Below are positions 1 through 10,693 of a stretch of DNA of 42,002 nt, piece after piece. Position 1 is the stretch's first letter, and each line of letters starts with the position of its first letter. The notes below the pieces were generated by a model. That model was given only the letters and a program-made list of their open reading frames with translations. It did no database searches and was not told where the DNA came from. The stretch is from Pseudomonadota bacterium (GTDB lineage Bacteria > Pseudomonadota > Gammaproteobacteria > Eutrophobiales > Eutrophobiaceae): assembly GCA_022562175.1 (NCBI GenBank), contig JADFPU010000003.1:2608-44609 (forward strand), written 5' to 3'. The position numbers and the translations under genes are program-made.

Positions 1-1993
1 GTAATTGATTGACTCTATTCTTAAGTTGATCTCTGGAAATATTCATCTTCCTGGCAAGTTGCTTGTGTGATTTTTCATCTGCAGGCAAAAATTCATGTAA
101 TGGCGGGTCCAGCAGCCGTATGGTGACCGGTAAACCACGCATGGCAGTAAAGATGCCTTCAAAATCACGACGCTGGTATGGCAGAAGTTTTTTCAGAGCG
201 ATACGTCGTTCCGCTTCGTCATTAGCCAGGATCATTTCCCGCATTGCGGTGATTCTTGTATCAGCAAAAAACATATGCTCGGTACGACACAAGCCAATGC
301 CTTCCGCTCCAAAGTTACGCGCTATAATTGCGTCTTCGGGGGTGTCGGCATTTGTCCTGATGGCCAGCTTGCGGGTTTTGTCCGCCCATTGCATCAATAT
401 TTTAAACTCTTTTGAGAGTGATGGCGGTCGTGTTGGCAACTCGCCCAACATAATTTCGCCTGATGTGCCATCTATACTAATTACATCCTTACTGGTGATT
501 ATGGTGCCGTTGATAGTAATAGTCTTGCGCTTTTCATGAATTAAAAGATCTCCTGCCCCGGCGATGCAACATTTTCCCCAACCACGTGCAACGACTGCAG
601 CGTGACTGGTCGAGCCACCAGTTGAAGTAATTATGCCATTGGCTGCATACATACCATGTATATCTTCAGGGCTTGTTTGTTTGCGCACCAGAATGACTTT
701 ATCTCCTTTGGCTGCCCGCTCGACGGCCTCATCCGCAGAAAAAACAGGCACGCCCGTAGCAGCACCTGGCGAGGCCGGCAAACCTTTTGTTAATACATTA
801 CGTTTTGCTTTCGGATCAAACGTAGGTAATAACAATTGATCCAGGTCATTAGCGGGCACACGCAGCAAGGCAGTCTTTTGTGTTATGCGTCTCTCTTTTA
901 CCATGTCAACGGCGATCTTGACAGCGGCGACACCTGTGCGCTTGCCGGTGCGGGTCTGCAGCATAAAAAGCTTGCCGTGTTCGATGGTGAACTCAATATC
1001 CTGCATGTCTTTATAATGGGTCTCAAGTGAACGCCTTATGCGTAATAATTGCCGGTAGGTTTCAGGCCGCCATTTCTTCATTTCATCAATGGGCGATGGT
1101 GTGCGAATGCCGGCTACAACATCTTCTCCTTGCGCATTAATCAGAAATTCACCGTAAAGTTTATTAGTGCCGGTTGTTGGATCGCGAGTAAAGGCAACGC
1201 CAGTGCCGGAATCATCTCCCATGTTGCCGAATACCATCGACTGAATATTAACGGCAGTCCCTGTTAAATCCCGTATTTGATTGATGCGTCGATAAGTGAT
1301 CGCGCGTTGTGTATTCCAACTGCGGAAAACCGAGTCTATTGCTTTCTCGAGCTGTATATAAGGGTCTTGCGGAAAGCCTTCACGGGCATGCTGTCTGTAC
1401 ACCTTCTTGTAGCCAGCGATTAATTCAGTCAGCCCGGCTTCATCCAGATCTGTATCTTCTGTAACCTTGTACTTTTTCTTGATTCGATCAAAGCACGTCT
1501 CAAAATAATGATGTTCAATACCCATCACCACATCACCAAACATATTAATCAAGCGACGGTAAGCATCAAGTGCAAAGCGCTTGTTGCCGGTCAAGGCTGC
1601 CAGGCCTTGTACTGACTTGTTTGTCAGTCCCAGGTTTAAAACGGTATCCATCATGCCGGGCATGCTGGCGGCGGCGCCGCTTCTTACCGAGACCAGCAGT
1701 GGATTTGAATTGCAGCCAAATTTCTTGCCGGTTTCATGCTCAAGACGCTGCATATTTTTGTGAACATCATCCAGCAGCCCAACGGGTAATATTTTGCCGG
1801 TTTGATAAAACCTGGCACAGGTTTCGGTGGTGATGGTGAAACCAGGCGGTACCGGCAGGCCGATATTGGTCATTTCGGCAAGGTTTGCGCCCTTTCCGCC
1901 CAGCAACTCGCGCAAGTTTTTGTTTCCTTCAGTAAGTTTACTGCCGAAATAATAGATGCGCTTAAGTCTGTATTTTTGGTTACTTGTCGTCAC
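1..1993 (-). CDS. ppdK: Pyruvate, phosphate dikinase (3' end runs off the window)
   Basis: Absent from the ORF track because it has no stop in the window. Manual translation from GTG at 1993 gives an open frame with LLGGKGANLAEM, PLLVSVRSGA, SMPGMMDTVLNLG, GEDVVAGIRTP, the phospho-His motif GGSTSHAAVVARG, and GIGLCRTEHMF. Confidence 0.97.
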   Translation of the reverse strand, partial: MTTSNQKYRLKRIYYFGSKLTEGNKNLRELLGGKGANLAEMTNIGLPVPPGFTITTETCARFYQTGKILPVGLLDDVHKNMQRLEHETGKKFGCNSNPLLVSVRSGAAASMPGMMDTVLNLGLTNKSVQGLAALTGNKRFALDAYRRLINMFGDVVMGIEHHYFETCFDRIKKKYKVTEDTDLDEAGLTELIAGYKKVYRQHAREGFPQDPYIQLEKAIDSVFRSWNTQRAITYRRINQIRDLTGTAVNIQSMVFGNMGDDSGTGVAFTRDPTTGTNKLYGEFLINAQGEDVVAGIRTPSPIDEMKKWRPETYRQLLRIRRSLETHYKDMQDIEFTIEHGKLFMLQTRTGKRTGVAAVKIAVDMVKERRITQKTALLRVPANDLDQLLLPTFDPKAKRNVLTKGLPASPGAATGVPVFSADEAVERAAKGDKVILVRKQTSPEDIHGMYAANGIITSTGGSTSHAAVVARGWGKCCIAGAGDLLIHEKRKTITINGTIITSKDVISIDGTSGEIMLGELPTRPPSLSKEFKILMQWADKTRKLAIRTNADTPEDAIIARNFGAEGIGLCRTEHMFFADTRITAMREMILANDEAERRIALKKLLPYQRRDFEGIFTAMRGLPVTIRLLDPPLHEFLPADEKSHKQLARKMNISRDQLKNRVNQL

Positions 1994-2034
1994 AGTAGAT
2001 TCTTTTCATGAGATAAATACGGTTTATGAACGTA

Positions 2035-3483
2035 TTATTTTATCCAGAGATCCATAAATTCATCGACGGGCATTTTTTCAAGTTTTGCCTGATCCTCACA
2101 GGCGTCGATTATATTTTCCAGCTGTGATTGAGAGAACTGAGTCGCCAGATTATTTCTGAATTTTTCAAGGAGTAAGGGTAGCCCCTGTTCACGGCGACGG
2201 CGATGGCCAACAGGATATTCGATAGTTATCTTGTCTGTGCTGGAGCCATCATCAAAGAAAACCTGTACGGAGTTACCGATAGCACGTAGCTCAGGATTAA
2301 GATAGTTACGACTGAATTGTTTGTTTTCTGTAACAGTCATTTTTTCTCGCAGCCGATCAATACGTGGGTCTTGCGCGATATCGTCTTCATAGTCATCTGC
2401 TGTCAAGCGACCATGGATGAGGGGTATCGCTGTCATGTACTGAAGGCAATGATCACGGTCCGCCGGGTTATCCAGGGGACCTGTCTTGTCAATGATACGC
2501 ACTGCTGCCTGTTGTGTTTCGATAGCGATTTTTTCCACCTGCTCTAACCTGGTCTTGACTTGTTCATGCAACTGTAGCGCAGCTTCAACAGCGGTTTGTG
2601 CATGGAATTCGGCCGGGAAGGATATCTTGAAAAGCACATTTTCCATCACATATGATCCGAACGGCCGGTTTATGGTTAATGTCTGCTTATTAAACAAAAC
2701 ATCCTCAAAACCCCAGACGTCTGCGCTCAGTGCCGAAGGATATCCCATCTCACCTGCGAGGGAGAGAAATGCATGTCTTACGCCGCGGCTGCTGGCATCG
2801 CCTGCTGCCCAACTTTTGCGAGAACCGGTATTCGGTGCGTGACGATATGTACGCAATGCAGCGCCATCGAGCCAAGCATTGGAAACGGCATTGATGATTT
2901 GTTCACGATTGCCGCCGAGCATCCTGGTGGCGACAGCTGTACTGGCAATACGCACCAATAACACATGATCCAGCCCGACGCGGTTAAAGCTGTTTTCAAT
3001 AGCGAGTATACCCTGAATCTCATGGGCCATAATCATGCCTGTGAGGACATCAGCAATAGTGAGCGGGGCTTTGGACTCTACGACATTTTTGCGGCTGAGA
3101 TAATCTGCAACCGCCAGGATAGCGCCGAGGTTATCAGAAGGATGTCCCCACTCTGCCGCCAGCCAGGTATCATTAAAATCCAGCCAACGCACGGCCGCGC
3201 CTATATTAAAAGCGGCCATTACCGGGTCGAGTTCAAAAGCAGTGCCGGGCACGCGAGCACCACCTTTCATTTCAGCTCCGGCGACTACCGGGCCGAGTAA
3301 TTTCGTACAAGCCGGATAGTTGAGAGCAAGTATGCCACAACCCAGTGTGTCCATCAGGCAATAACGTGCCGTTTGCCGTGCCACGGTACTGTCGGCAGTA
3401 AAGTGCAAGACATAATCGGCGATATCCTGTATTAACCGATCCGGTTCTGGCCGGCTTGCATTACGAATACCTGTATCAGCCAT
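2035..3483 (-). CDS. prpD: 2-methylcitrate dehydratase
   Basis: [41 protein letters not shown] and [10 protein letters not shown] motifs; downstream of prpBC. Confidence 0.97.
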   Translation of the reverse strand: MADTGIRNASRPEPDRLIQDIADYVLHFTADSTVARQTARYCLMDTLGCGILALNYPACTKLLGPVVAGAEMKGGARVPGTAFELDPVMAAFNIGAAVRWLDFNDTWLAAEWGHPSDNLGAILAVADYLSRKNVVESKAPLTIADVLTGMIMAHEIQGILAIENSFNRVGLDHVLLVRIASTAVATRMLGGNREQIINAVSNAWLDGAALRTYRHAPNTGSRKSWAAGDASSRGVRHAFLSLAGEMGYPSALSADVWGFEDVLFNKQTLTINRPFGSYVMENVLFKISFPAEFHAQTAVEAALQLHEQVKTRLEQVEKIAIETQQAAVRIIDKTGPLDNPADRDHCLQYMTAIPLIHGRLTADDYEDDIAQDPRIDRLREKMTVTENKQFSRNYLNPELRAIGNSVQVFFDDGSSTDKITIEYPVGHRRRREQGLPLLLEKFRNNLATQFSQSQLENIIDACEDQAKLEKMPVDEFMDLWIK

Positions 3484-3525
3484 TATTAATATTCCCTGAC
3501 ATTTTTTTAATTGTTAAAAATATTT

Positions 3526-3788
3526 GCTACAGAGTACACAGAGATCGCAGAGAAAAATAAAAATTGAAAACTCATAAAACTCTGTGTGCTCGACAATTTG
3601 TTCCTGACATTGTCTCGGTCTCTGCTCCAGGCTTGACTCTACCGATTACTTCGGCTTTGGCTGGAAAACTTGTTCCAGACGTTTTCAACCACTTACGTCC
3701 TGTAAGTGTTCCTGCGTCGCTCTACCGCCTACTTCCGTATAGGCGTCCATGTAATCGTACCTTCTACGTCCCTGTAGTCGTCTGTGGC
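3526..3788. repeat. Nested intergenic repeat: CACAGAG-type inverted arms enclosing a cassette of short hairpins with GGA loops on the minus strand
   Basis: Left arm GCTACAGAG-TACACAGAG-ATCGCAGAG; right arm CTCTGTGTGCTC...TCTGTGGC. Stems at 3592-3614, 3664-3686, 3690-3708, 3726-3745 and 3764-3777. Eight TCC (GGA on minus) in 3591-3780. Confidence 0.75.
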
Positions 3789-3807
3789 TTGTTATGTTTT
3801 TCTATTC

Positions 3808-4956
3808 TTATCGATTCTCGATGGGTATAAATTCCCGATCTTCGGGGCCAGTGTAGTTGGCACTGGGACGAATAATCTTTCCGTCAAGCCGTTGTTCCAT
3901 AATGTGCGCTGCCCAGCCAGTAATTCGCGATATTACAAAGATAGGCGTAAACATCGTTGTGGGAATGCCCATGCTGTGGTAGACGACTGCGGAGAACCAA
4001 TCAAGGTTCGGGAACATATTTTTTTCTTGCCACATGACTGTTTCCAAACGCTCCGCAATCTCAAACAGTTGCATATCACCTTGAGCTTCTGATAGTTGTC
4101 TGGCAACTTGCTTGATTATCTGGTTGCGTGGATCGGCGATCGTGTACACCGGGTGACCAAAGCCAATTATGATCTCTTTACGGGCAATACGTTGTTTTAT
4201 GTCTGCCTCGGCCTGGTCAGCGTTATTGTAGCGTTGCATGATCGCCAGCGCGACTTCATTGGCGCCCCCATGTTTAGGGCCACGCAAAGCACCTATCGCA
4301 CCTGTGACCGCAGAGTAGATATCGGCACCGGTGCCGGTAATCACACGACTGGTGAAGGTCGAGGCATTAAATTCATGCTCGGCATAAAGTATCAGCGAGA
4401 TATGCATGGCCTTCACCCATAATTTATCTGCGGCCTGACCGTGTAACATATTCAGGAAATGAGCGCCGATTGAATCATCATCGGTAACGGTATTAATACG
4501 TTGGCCGTTATGGCTGAAGTGATACCAGTAAACCAGCATGGAAGCGAAACAAGCCAGTAGGCGGTCGGCAATATCCTTTGCCCCTTGCGGAGATTGTTGC
4601 GCATGCTCAGGCAAGATCGTGCCCAGCACAGAACAGCCGCAACGCAATACGTCCATCGGCTGGGCTGATGCCGGGATCAGTTCCAGTAGCTGTAGCAATG
4701 CCCCGGGCAGATCCCTCAGGCCTTGCAGCTTGTGCTTATAGTCATCGAGTTCATTTTTTGCAGGTAACTTGCCATGGATTAATAGATGCGCAATTTCTTC
4801 AAACTGACAAGACTCCGCCAGATCGTTGATATCGTATCCACAGTAAGCCAGATCATTGCCACTACGGCCGACAGTACATAAGGCTGTGTTGCCGGCTACG
4901 GTGCCTGACAGGGCAACTGATTTTTTCGGTTTAAAGGGGGTGTTTGATTTGCTCAT
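3808..4956 (-). CDS. prpC: 2-methylcitrate synthase
   Basis: KKSVALSG N-terminus, [27 protein letters not shown] and FPNLDWFSA; overlaps the prpB stop. Confidence 0.97.
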   Translation of the reverse strand: MSKSNTPFKPKKSVALSGTVAGNTALCTVGRSGNDLAYCGYDINDLAESCQFEEIAHLLIHGKLPAKNELDDYKHKLQGLRDLPGALLQLLELIPASAQPMDVLRCGCSVLGTILPEHAQQSPQGAKDIADRLLACFASMLVYWYHFSHNGQRINTVTDDDSIGAHFLNMLHGQAADKLWVKAMHISLILYAEHEFNASTFTSRVITGTGADIYSAVTGAIGALRGPKHGGANEVALAIMQRYNNADQAEADIKQRIARKEIIIGFGHPVYTIADPRNQIIKQVARQLSEAQGDMQLFEIAERLETVMWQEKNMFPNLDWFSAVVYHSMGIPTTMFTPIFVISRITGWAAHIMEQRLDGKIIRPSANYTGPEDREFIPIENR

Positions 4957-5837
4957 TCGGATTTTTCTCTGGAAAAAAGTGCGTCCAGTTTTTCTTCATA
5001 GTCGTGATAGGAAAGCGTCGCATATAGATCGTCTCTGCTTTGCATCTTGTCGATACAGGCCTTTTGTGAACCTTCTTGCATGATGGTGTTATAGACCGAC
5101 AATGTCGCCTGACTCATGGCGCGGAAGGCGGATAACGGGTACAAGACCATCTTTACGCCGGCATCAGCCAGTTCCTGGGTCGTGAAATAAGGTGTTTTGC
5201 CAAATTCGGTTATGTTTGCCAGCACAGGAACCTTGATAGTGGAGCTAAAGGCGCGGTAATCATCCAGTGCATATAAAGCCTCTGCGAAGATCATATCGGC
5301 GCCTGCTGCAATATAGGCATGACATCGTTCGATGGCCGATTCTATGCCTTCACTGGCAACCGCATCCGTGCGTGCCATGATGACAAAATCATCGTCGATC
5401 CTGCCATCGACAGCGGCCTTGATCCTGTCTGTCATTTCCGCTGACGAGACGATTGCCTTGTTCGGTCTGTGGCCGCAACGTTTTGCCTGTACCTGATCTT
5501 CTATGTGCATGGCAGCCGCGCCAGCGCGGATCATCTCAGTTGTTGTGCGGGAGATATTAAAGGCACTGCCCCAGCCGGTATCGACATCAACCAGTAACGG
5601 CAGATCCGTTATCGCAGTGATCCGGCGTGTGTCTTCAAGTACATCATGCAAGGTCGTAACAGCCAGATCCGGCATGCCATACGAAGCATTGGCAACCCCG
5701 GCCCCCGATAGATAGATGGCCTTGAAGCCTGTTTGTTGTGCCTGTAATGCAGCGTAGGCATTGATGGTACCGACGATCTGCAATGGTTTATAATCTTTAA
5801 CAGCTTGTCTAAAACGGCCACCTGCAGAATTGGACAT
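4953..5837 (-). CDS. prpB: Methylisocitrate lyase
   Basis: [17 protein letters not shown] catalytic motif, DVDTGWG and LANITEFG. Confidence 0.97.
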   Translation of the reverse strand: MSNSAGGRFRQAVKDYKPLQIVGTINAYAALQAQQTGFKAIYLSGAGVANASYGMPDLAVTTLHDVLEDTRRITAITDLPLLVDVDTGWGSAFNISRTTTEMIRAGAAAMHIEDQVQAKRCGHRPNKAIVSSAEMTDRIKAAVDGRIDDDFVIMARTDAVASEGIESAIERCHAYIAAGADMIFAEALYALDDYRAFSSTIKVPVLANITEFGKTPYFTTQELADAGVKMVLYPLSAFRAMSQATLSVYNTIMQEGSQKACIDKMQSRDDLYATLSYHDYEEKLDALFSREKSE

Positions 5838-5842
5838 AACAA

Positions 5843-6022
5843 CTAAGCCTCTTCCGCAAATACTTGTTGCTCGATGATTTTTCTGGCCATACTGATATGT
5901 CGGCGCATGAGCATCTCGGTAAACTCTTCATCACCTTGTTCGATGGCGAGGATGGTATGTCGATGTTCCGCCAGCGCTTTTACCGGGCACGATCTGGACT
6001 GGCTGGTTCGAAAACGATACAT
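5843..6022 (-). pseudogene. prpR: C-terminal (FCD) remnant of the GntR-family prp operon regulator, lacking the HTH
   Basis: Manual translation gives 59 aa: [59 protein letters not shown]. This resembles the end of GntR regulators that precede prpB. An in-frame stop lies 14 codons upstream. Confidence 0.75.
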
Positions 6023-6077
6023 ACAATGGTTGATGTTGCGTATGGCATTACTGTCCTCTTTTTATGATGAAACGCTT

Positions 6078-6089
6078 ATTGTCAACAGA
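6078..6089. promoter_or_regulatory. Possible PrpR (GntR/FadR) operator
   Basis: ATTGTCAACAGA resembles the palindrome ATTGTCGACAAT, which I recall for proteobacterial GntR-type PrpR; it lies upstream of the operon. Confidence 0.35.
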
Positions 6090-6350
6090 TACAGGCAAAG
6101 GGCGTTGAATTATAGTGGATAAGCAGGTTTTTTCAATGGATTGTCCAATATTCCATCAAACCTGCATCCAATATGACAGCACAAAGGACAGATTAACTGC
6201 ACGGCAGTGGCTGACAGGCTGTTGTGGAGATAGCTTATTAAGTCGTGCTGCTGCTGATATGGCGGCAGTGATCCAACGGCTTGCAGGATAAAGTGCAGGG
6301 TGGTCGACTAATCTCGGTCTGTCTATTGGATAACAGGCTTATTGCAGGAC

Positions 6351-6671
6351 TTAAATCTGTGATTCCGGGGTGTGTACAACCAGGCCATCCAGTTCATCCG
6401 TCAGTTTAATTTGACAACCCAGGCGACTGTTTTCCTTGGCGTCAATGGCATATTCCAACATCTGTTTCTCGGCGTTTTGCGGCTCGGGTAATTTCACCAG
6501 CCATTCCTTGTCGAAATAGACATGGCAGGTGGCGCAGGCACAGGCACCGGCACATTCTGCGACGATACCCGGCACACCATTGTTTATAGCCGCCTGCATG
6601 ACACTCTGGCCAACGTCGGCCTCTATCTCCGTCGTGCTGCCATCAAATGCAATAAAATTGATTGTAAGCAC
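6351..6671 (-). CDS. 2Fe-2S ferredoxin, putidaredoxin/adrenodoxin type
   Basis: CAGACACATCH and SRLGCQ motifs. GTG at 6671 lies 7 nt after a GAGGAGG RBS. Confidence 0.93.
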   Translation of the reverse strand: MLTINFIAFDGSTTEIEADVGQSVMQAAINNGVPGIVAECAGACACATCHVYFDKEWLVKLPEPQNAEKQMLEYAIDAKENSRLGCQIKLTDELDGLVVHTPESQI

Positions 6672-6860
6672 CCGCAATCCTCCTCGTAAAGTGTTGTATA
6701 AAAAGCGAAAACTGTTAATTCTCGCTAAAAAAGTGGTGGATTATATACCAGACCGGATTTCAGTAAAGACTGATTTCTGATAGATGGTTCAGCTATTGCC
6801 CACAAGATGCGCGGCAATCAAAGAATTCGTTTACAGATGGCCTGTGCGGCTGTGATCTGA

Positions 6861-7838
6861 TCATATGGTCAGTACAAGTTTACCGATATGCTGGCTGGCT
6901 TCCATAATGCGGTGCGCCTCTGCTGCCTGTTGCAGTGGCAGGGTTTGCTGGATAACAGGTTTGACCTTGCCGGACTCGATCAACGGCCATACATATTGCT
7001 TTAACTTCACCGCCAGATCAGCCTTGAACGACACTGATCGCATTCGCAGGCCCGAGCCAGTAATGCTGAGCCGCTTCAATATTACGGGTAGAAAATTTAT
7101 TTCAGCATTGTAACCATGCAAACCTGCAATCAAGACTATACGACCATCTTCAGCAGCCAGTTCAATGTTTCTGTTGATGTAATCACCAGCGACCATATCC
7201 AGGATCACATCGACTCCGTTATTATCTGTCGCTGCCTTGCAGGCAGATACAAAATCATCCTGCTTGTAGTTGATGGCCAGATCGGCGCCCAGTTCTCGAC
7301 AGGCCGCACATTTCTCAGCATTGCCGGCGGTGGCAAATACCTTCGCGCCGAAAGCCCTGGCAAGCTGAATAGCCGTTGTGCCGATGCCGCTGCTGCCACC
7401 GTGTACCAGAAAACTTTCACCGGGCTTCAATTTGGCACGGTCAAAAACATTGCTCCAGACGGTGAAATAAGTCTCCGGTATGGCTGCCGCTTCCACTGCG
7501 CTCAGGCCAGCGGGGACCGGCAAACATAATGCTGCTTCAGCTACCGCATACTCTGCATAGCCACCGCCAGTGACCAGCGCACAGACCATGTCTCCAATGT
7601 GTGGTGACTCGACATTTTCTCCGACTTGCGTTACAACGCCGGCTATTTCCAGGCCCGGTATATCTGATGCACCGGCGGGTGGAGGATATTTGCCCTGGCG
7701 TTGCATCATATCAGGCCGGTTGACACCGGCTGCCTCAACCTTGATCAACACTTGTGCCGGGCCGGCTGCAGGGGTTTCCCTGTCTGCCAGTTCCAGTACT
7801 TCTGGTCCACCAAATTGTTTTATACTTACATACTTCAT
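6861..7838 (-). CDS. NAD(P)H-quinone oxidoreductase, PIG3/zeta-crystallin MDR family
   Basis: AGVNRPD, PGLEIAG, HGGSSGIGT and HIGKLVL motifs; ATG at 7838 preferred as start. Confidence 0.92.
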   Translation of the reverse strand: MKYVSIKQFGGPEVLELADRETPAAGPAQVLIKVEAAGVNRPDMMQRQGKYPPPAGASDIPGLEIAGVVTQVGENVESPHIGDMVCALVTGGGYAEYAVAEAALCLPVPAGLSAVEAAAIPETYFTVWSNVFDRAKLKPGESFLVHGGSSGIGTTAIQLARAFGAKVFATAGNAEKCAACRELGADLAINYKQDDFVSACKAATDNNGVDVILDMVAGDYINRNIELAAEDGRIVLIAGLHGYNAEINFLPVILKRLSITGSGLRMRSVSFKADLAVKLKQYVWPLIESGKVKPVIQQTLPLQQAAEAHRIMEASQHIGKLVLTI

Positions 7839-8014
7839 ATGCTTGGTAACGCGCAAATATTATTTATTATAAGGAGTTAATTCTCAGCAGCTTGCAGCGA
7901 GGTAGTTTATTTGATTTTACCTTACTTGCGCCATTGTCGCCTGTCACAATGCAATATATTTTATTAATACAATTGCAAAAATCATGTCTAAATTGAGAAG
8001 CACAAAAGTTTCCG

Positions 8015-9301
8015 ATGAAAATAGAGTCTGACAGATTGATTAGCCTGGATCGGGCACATGTCTGGCATCCCTATGCCTCCATGGTGAATCCGACACCGGT
8101 GTTTGCCGTGGTGTCTGCATCAGGCGTGCGCATCAAACTGGCCGATGGTCGTGTGCTTATTGATGGCATGGCGTCATGGTGGTGCGCGATACATGGTTAT
8201 AACCATCCACACCTCAATGCTGCTATCGAGAAGCAGCTCTCTTTAATGGCGCATGTCATGTTCGGTGGTTTGACCCACACACCGGCGACGACGTTGGCCG
8301 AACAACTTGTTGCGATGACGCCGGATCTTTTGCAGACGGTATTCTTCAGTGATTCCGGCTCTGTTGCAGTAGAAGTGGCAATGAAGATGGCTATTCAATA
8401 TTGGGCAGCGCGTGGACAACATGGCAAGCAAAAGTTGCTCAGCATACGCCAGGCTTATCATGGCGATACACTTGGGGCCATGGCGGTGTGTGATCCGGTT
8501 ACCGGTATGCACACATTATTTAATCAGGTACTGACGCAACAGTATTTTGCGGATGCTCCAAAGACGCGGTTCAATGCAAAATGGTTAGAGGATGATATTG
8601 CTTCGTTCAGTTCTTTATTGAAAAAGCAGCATAAGCATATTGCGGCAGTGATACTGGAACCTGTCGTACAGGCTGCCGGTGGCATGTGGTTTTATTCAGC
8701 GCAATACTTAAAACGAGCCAGGCAACTGTGTGATGAATATAATGTCTTGTTGATTTTCGATGAAATTGCAACGGGCTTTGGACGTACCGGCAAGTTGTTC
8801 GCTTGTGAACATGCTGACATAGCACCTGATATCATGTGTGTCGGCAAGGCACTGACCGGCGGTTATATGACCCTGGCGGCGACGCTGGCGACGCGGGACA
8901 TTGCCGATACTATTTCGGATAATGGTAATGGGGTGTTTATGCATGGACCGACCTTCATGGCCAATCCGCTGGCCTGTGCTGTGGCATTGGCAAGCATTGA
9001 GCTGCTGCTTTCAGGTCCGTGGCAGGCACGTGTTGAAAGTATTGAGGCACAGCTACAGGCACAACTGGCGCCGTGCCGGGATCTGCAAAATGTAACGGAT
9101 GTGCGGGTTCTGGGTGGCATAGGTGTGGTTGAGCTGGACAAGCCGCTTGATATGCACACTGTTGCACATGAATTTGTGCAGCGTGGGGTATGGATCAGAC
9201 CGTTTGGACGCCTGGTCTATATTATGCCGCCCTATATTATAGAAACAGATGACCTCACTACCTTAACGAGTGCTATATATAATGTTGTCAGGGAACTGTG
9301 A
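8015..9301 (+). CDS. bioA: Adenosylmethionine-8-amino-7-oxononanoate aminotransferase
   Basis: VWHPY, DGMASWW, SDSGSVAVEVAMKMA, DEIATGFGRTG, GKALTGG and HGPTFMANPLAC. Confidence 0.96.
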   Translation: MKIESDRLISLDRAHVWHPYASMVNPTPVFAVVSASGVRIKLADGRVLIDGMASWWCAIHGYNHPHLNAAIEKQLSLMAHVMFGGLTHTPATTLAEQLVAMTPDLLQTVFFSDSGSVAVEVAMKMAIQYWAARGQHGKQKLLSIRQAYHGDTLGAMAVCDPVTGMHTLFNQVLTQQYFADAPKTRFNAKWLEDDIASFSSLLKKQHKHIAAVILEPVVQAAGGMWFYSAQYLKRARQLCDEYNVLLIFDEIATGFGRTGKLFACEHADIAPDIMCVGKALTGGYMTLAATLATRDIADTISDNGNGVFMHGPTFMANPLACAVALASIELLLSGPWQARVESIEAQLQAQLAPCRDLQNVTDVRVLGGIGVVELDKPLDMHTVAHEFVQRGVWIRPFGRLVYIMPPYIIETDDLTTLTSAIYNVVREL

Positions 9302-9368
9302 TGATTAATAATTCAGGAGTACAGCAGTCAGGATCCAGTTACTGTACCAAAGAATCAGGGGATACGTT

Positions 9369-10592
9369 ATGAGTCAAACTTGCATAATTGTTGGTGCAAG
9401 CCATGCCGCGGGCCAATTGATCTCCAGTCTTCGGCAGAAGGGCTGGCCAGGACGCATCATGGTCATTGGTGAAGAGTCTTATCTGCCTTATCAGCGCCCC
9501 CCCTTGTCCAAGGCTTTCCTGGCCGGTGAAAAGTCGCTGCAGGATATTATTATCCGGCCCGCACCGTTCTACGAAAAGTCTGAGATAGAATTTATGTTAG
9601 ATACGCGCGTGGAGGCCATCGACCGCGATAATAAATTACTCAAATTAAGCAACGGCGCAACACAGGCGTACGACAAGCTGGCCCTGACAGTAGGTGCAAG
9701 GGTACGAAAGGTTGATTTGCCAGGGGTTGAACTGGAAGGTATTTTCTATTTACGTGACATCAATGATGTTGAACGGATCAAGGCAAACATCGGTGTCGGT
9801 AAGCAGGCGGTGATTGTCGGTGGTGGGTATATCGGCCTGGAGACCGCAGCCACACTCAGAAAACAGGGCATGGCTGTGACGGTGATAGAGATGCTGGAGC
9901 GCGTCATGCAACGTGTGACGGCGCCGCAAGTGTCGGAATTCTTTAGCCGTGTGCATAGCGAGGAAGGCGTCAAGATACTCTGTGGCGTTGGTGTTGATGG
10001 TTTTGAAGGTAATGGATCGGTCGAGAGTGTCGCCTGTAACGATGGTAACAAGTATCCAGCCGATATCGTTGTTATCGGTGTCGGCATAGTGCCAAATGTC
10101 GAATTGGCAGAGGCGGCAGGTCTTGATGTTGATAACGGCATTGTTGTTGATGAGTATGCCAGGACTTCCGATGCGGATATCGTCGCTGCGGGAGATTGTA
10201 CCCGCCATCATAATGTTTTATATGACAGATGGTTGCGTCTGGAATCTGTGCAGAACGCCAGTGATCAGGCTATGGTCGCGGCTGCCACGCTTTGTGGAGA
10301 GGAAAAGCCGTATAATGCGTTGCCGTGGTTCTGGTCAGATCAATACGATCTGAGATTACAAATTGCCGGGCTTTCGCAGGGTTACGATGAGGTCATTATA
10401 CGTGGTGACCGTGAGAATAGCCGCAGTTTTGCCGCCTTTTACCTGAAGGATGGTATTATAATTGCTGTCGATGCTGTCAACAGGCCGTCTGAATTCATGA
10501 TGGGCAAGCGTCTTATAAACAATAAGACTTTGATTGATAAAGAAAAGCTGGCAGATATACAGATGCCGATTAAAGACGTATTCCTGGCGTAA
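9369..10592 (+). CDS. FAD-dependent ferredoxin-NAD(+) reductase, putidaredoxin reductase type
   Basis: PYQRPPLSK, GGGYIGLE, RLESVQNA and PWFWSDQYD. Confidence 0.93.
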   Translation: MSQTCIIVGASHAAGQLISSLRQKGWPGRIMVIGEESYLPYQRPPLSKAFLAGEKSLQDIIIRPAPFYEKSEIEFMLDTRVEAIDRDNKLLKLSNGATQAYDKLALTVGARVRKVDLPGVELEGIFYLRDINDVERIKANIGVGKQAVIVGGGYIGLETAATLRKQGMAVTVIEMLERVMQRVTAPQVSEFFSRVHSEEGVKILCGVGVDGFEGNGSVESVACNDGNKYPADIVVIGVGIVPNVELAEAAGLDVDNGIVVDEYARTSDADIVAAGDCTRHHNVLYDRWLRLESVQNASDQAMVAAATLCGEEKPYNALPWFWSDQYDLRLQIAGLSQGYDEVIIRGDRENSRSFAAFYLKDGIIIAVDAVNRPSEFMMGKRLINNKTLIDKEKLADIQMPIKDVFLA

Positions 10593-10693
10593 GCTGGTGG
10601 CGCTGTGCAACACATAGCTAAAGATCTATGCACGGAGCGGAACAGGATTGAGGAGGCGTTAAAGAACAGCAAGCAGCAACTGCGGATTCTAGG

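Noticed and set aside
63-2011. Several short plus-strand ORFs, and the idea that this region is a pseudogene
   Set aside because: They are antisense shadows of ppdK, whose frame reads open by hand from 1993 to the window edge.
3564-3830. 88-aa plus-strand ORF, or a CRISPR array
   Set aside because: It overlies the hairpin repeat. There are no identical direct repeats with regular spacers and no cas genes.
7985-8014. BirA operator upstream of bioA
   Set aside because: No adequate match to the TGTAAACC-N14/16-GGTTTACA palindrome.
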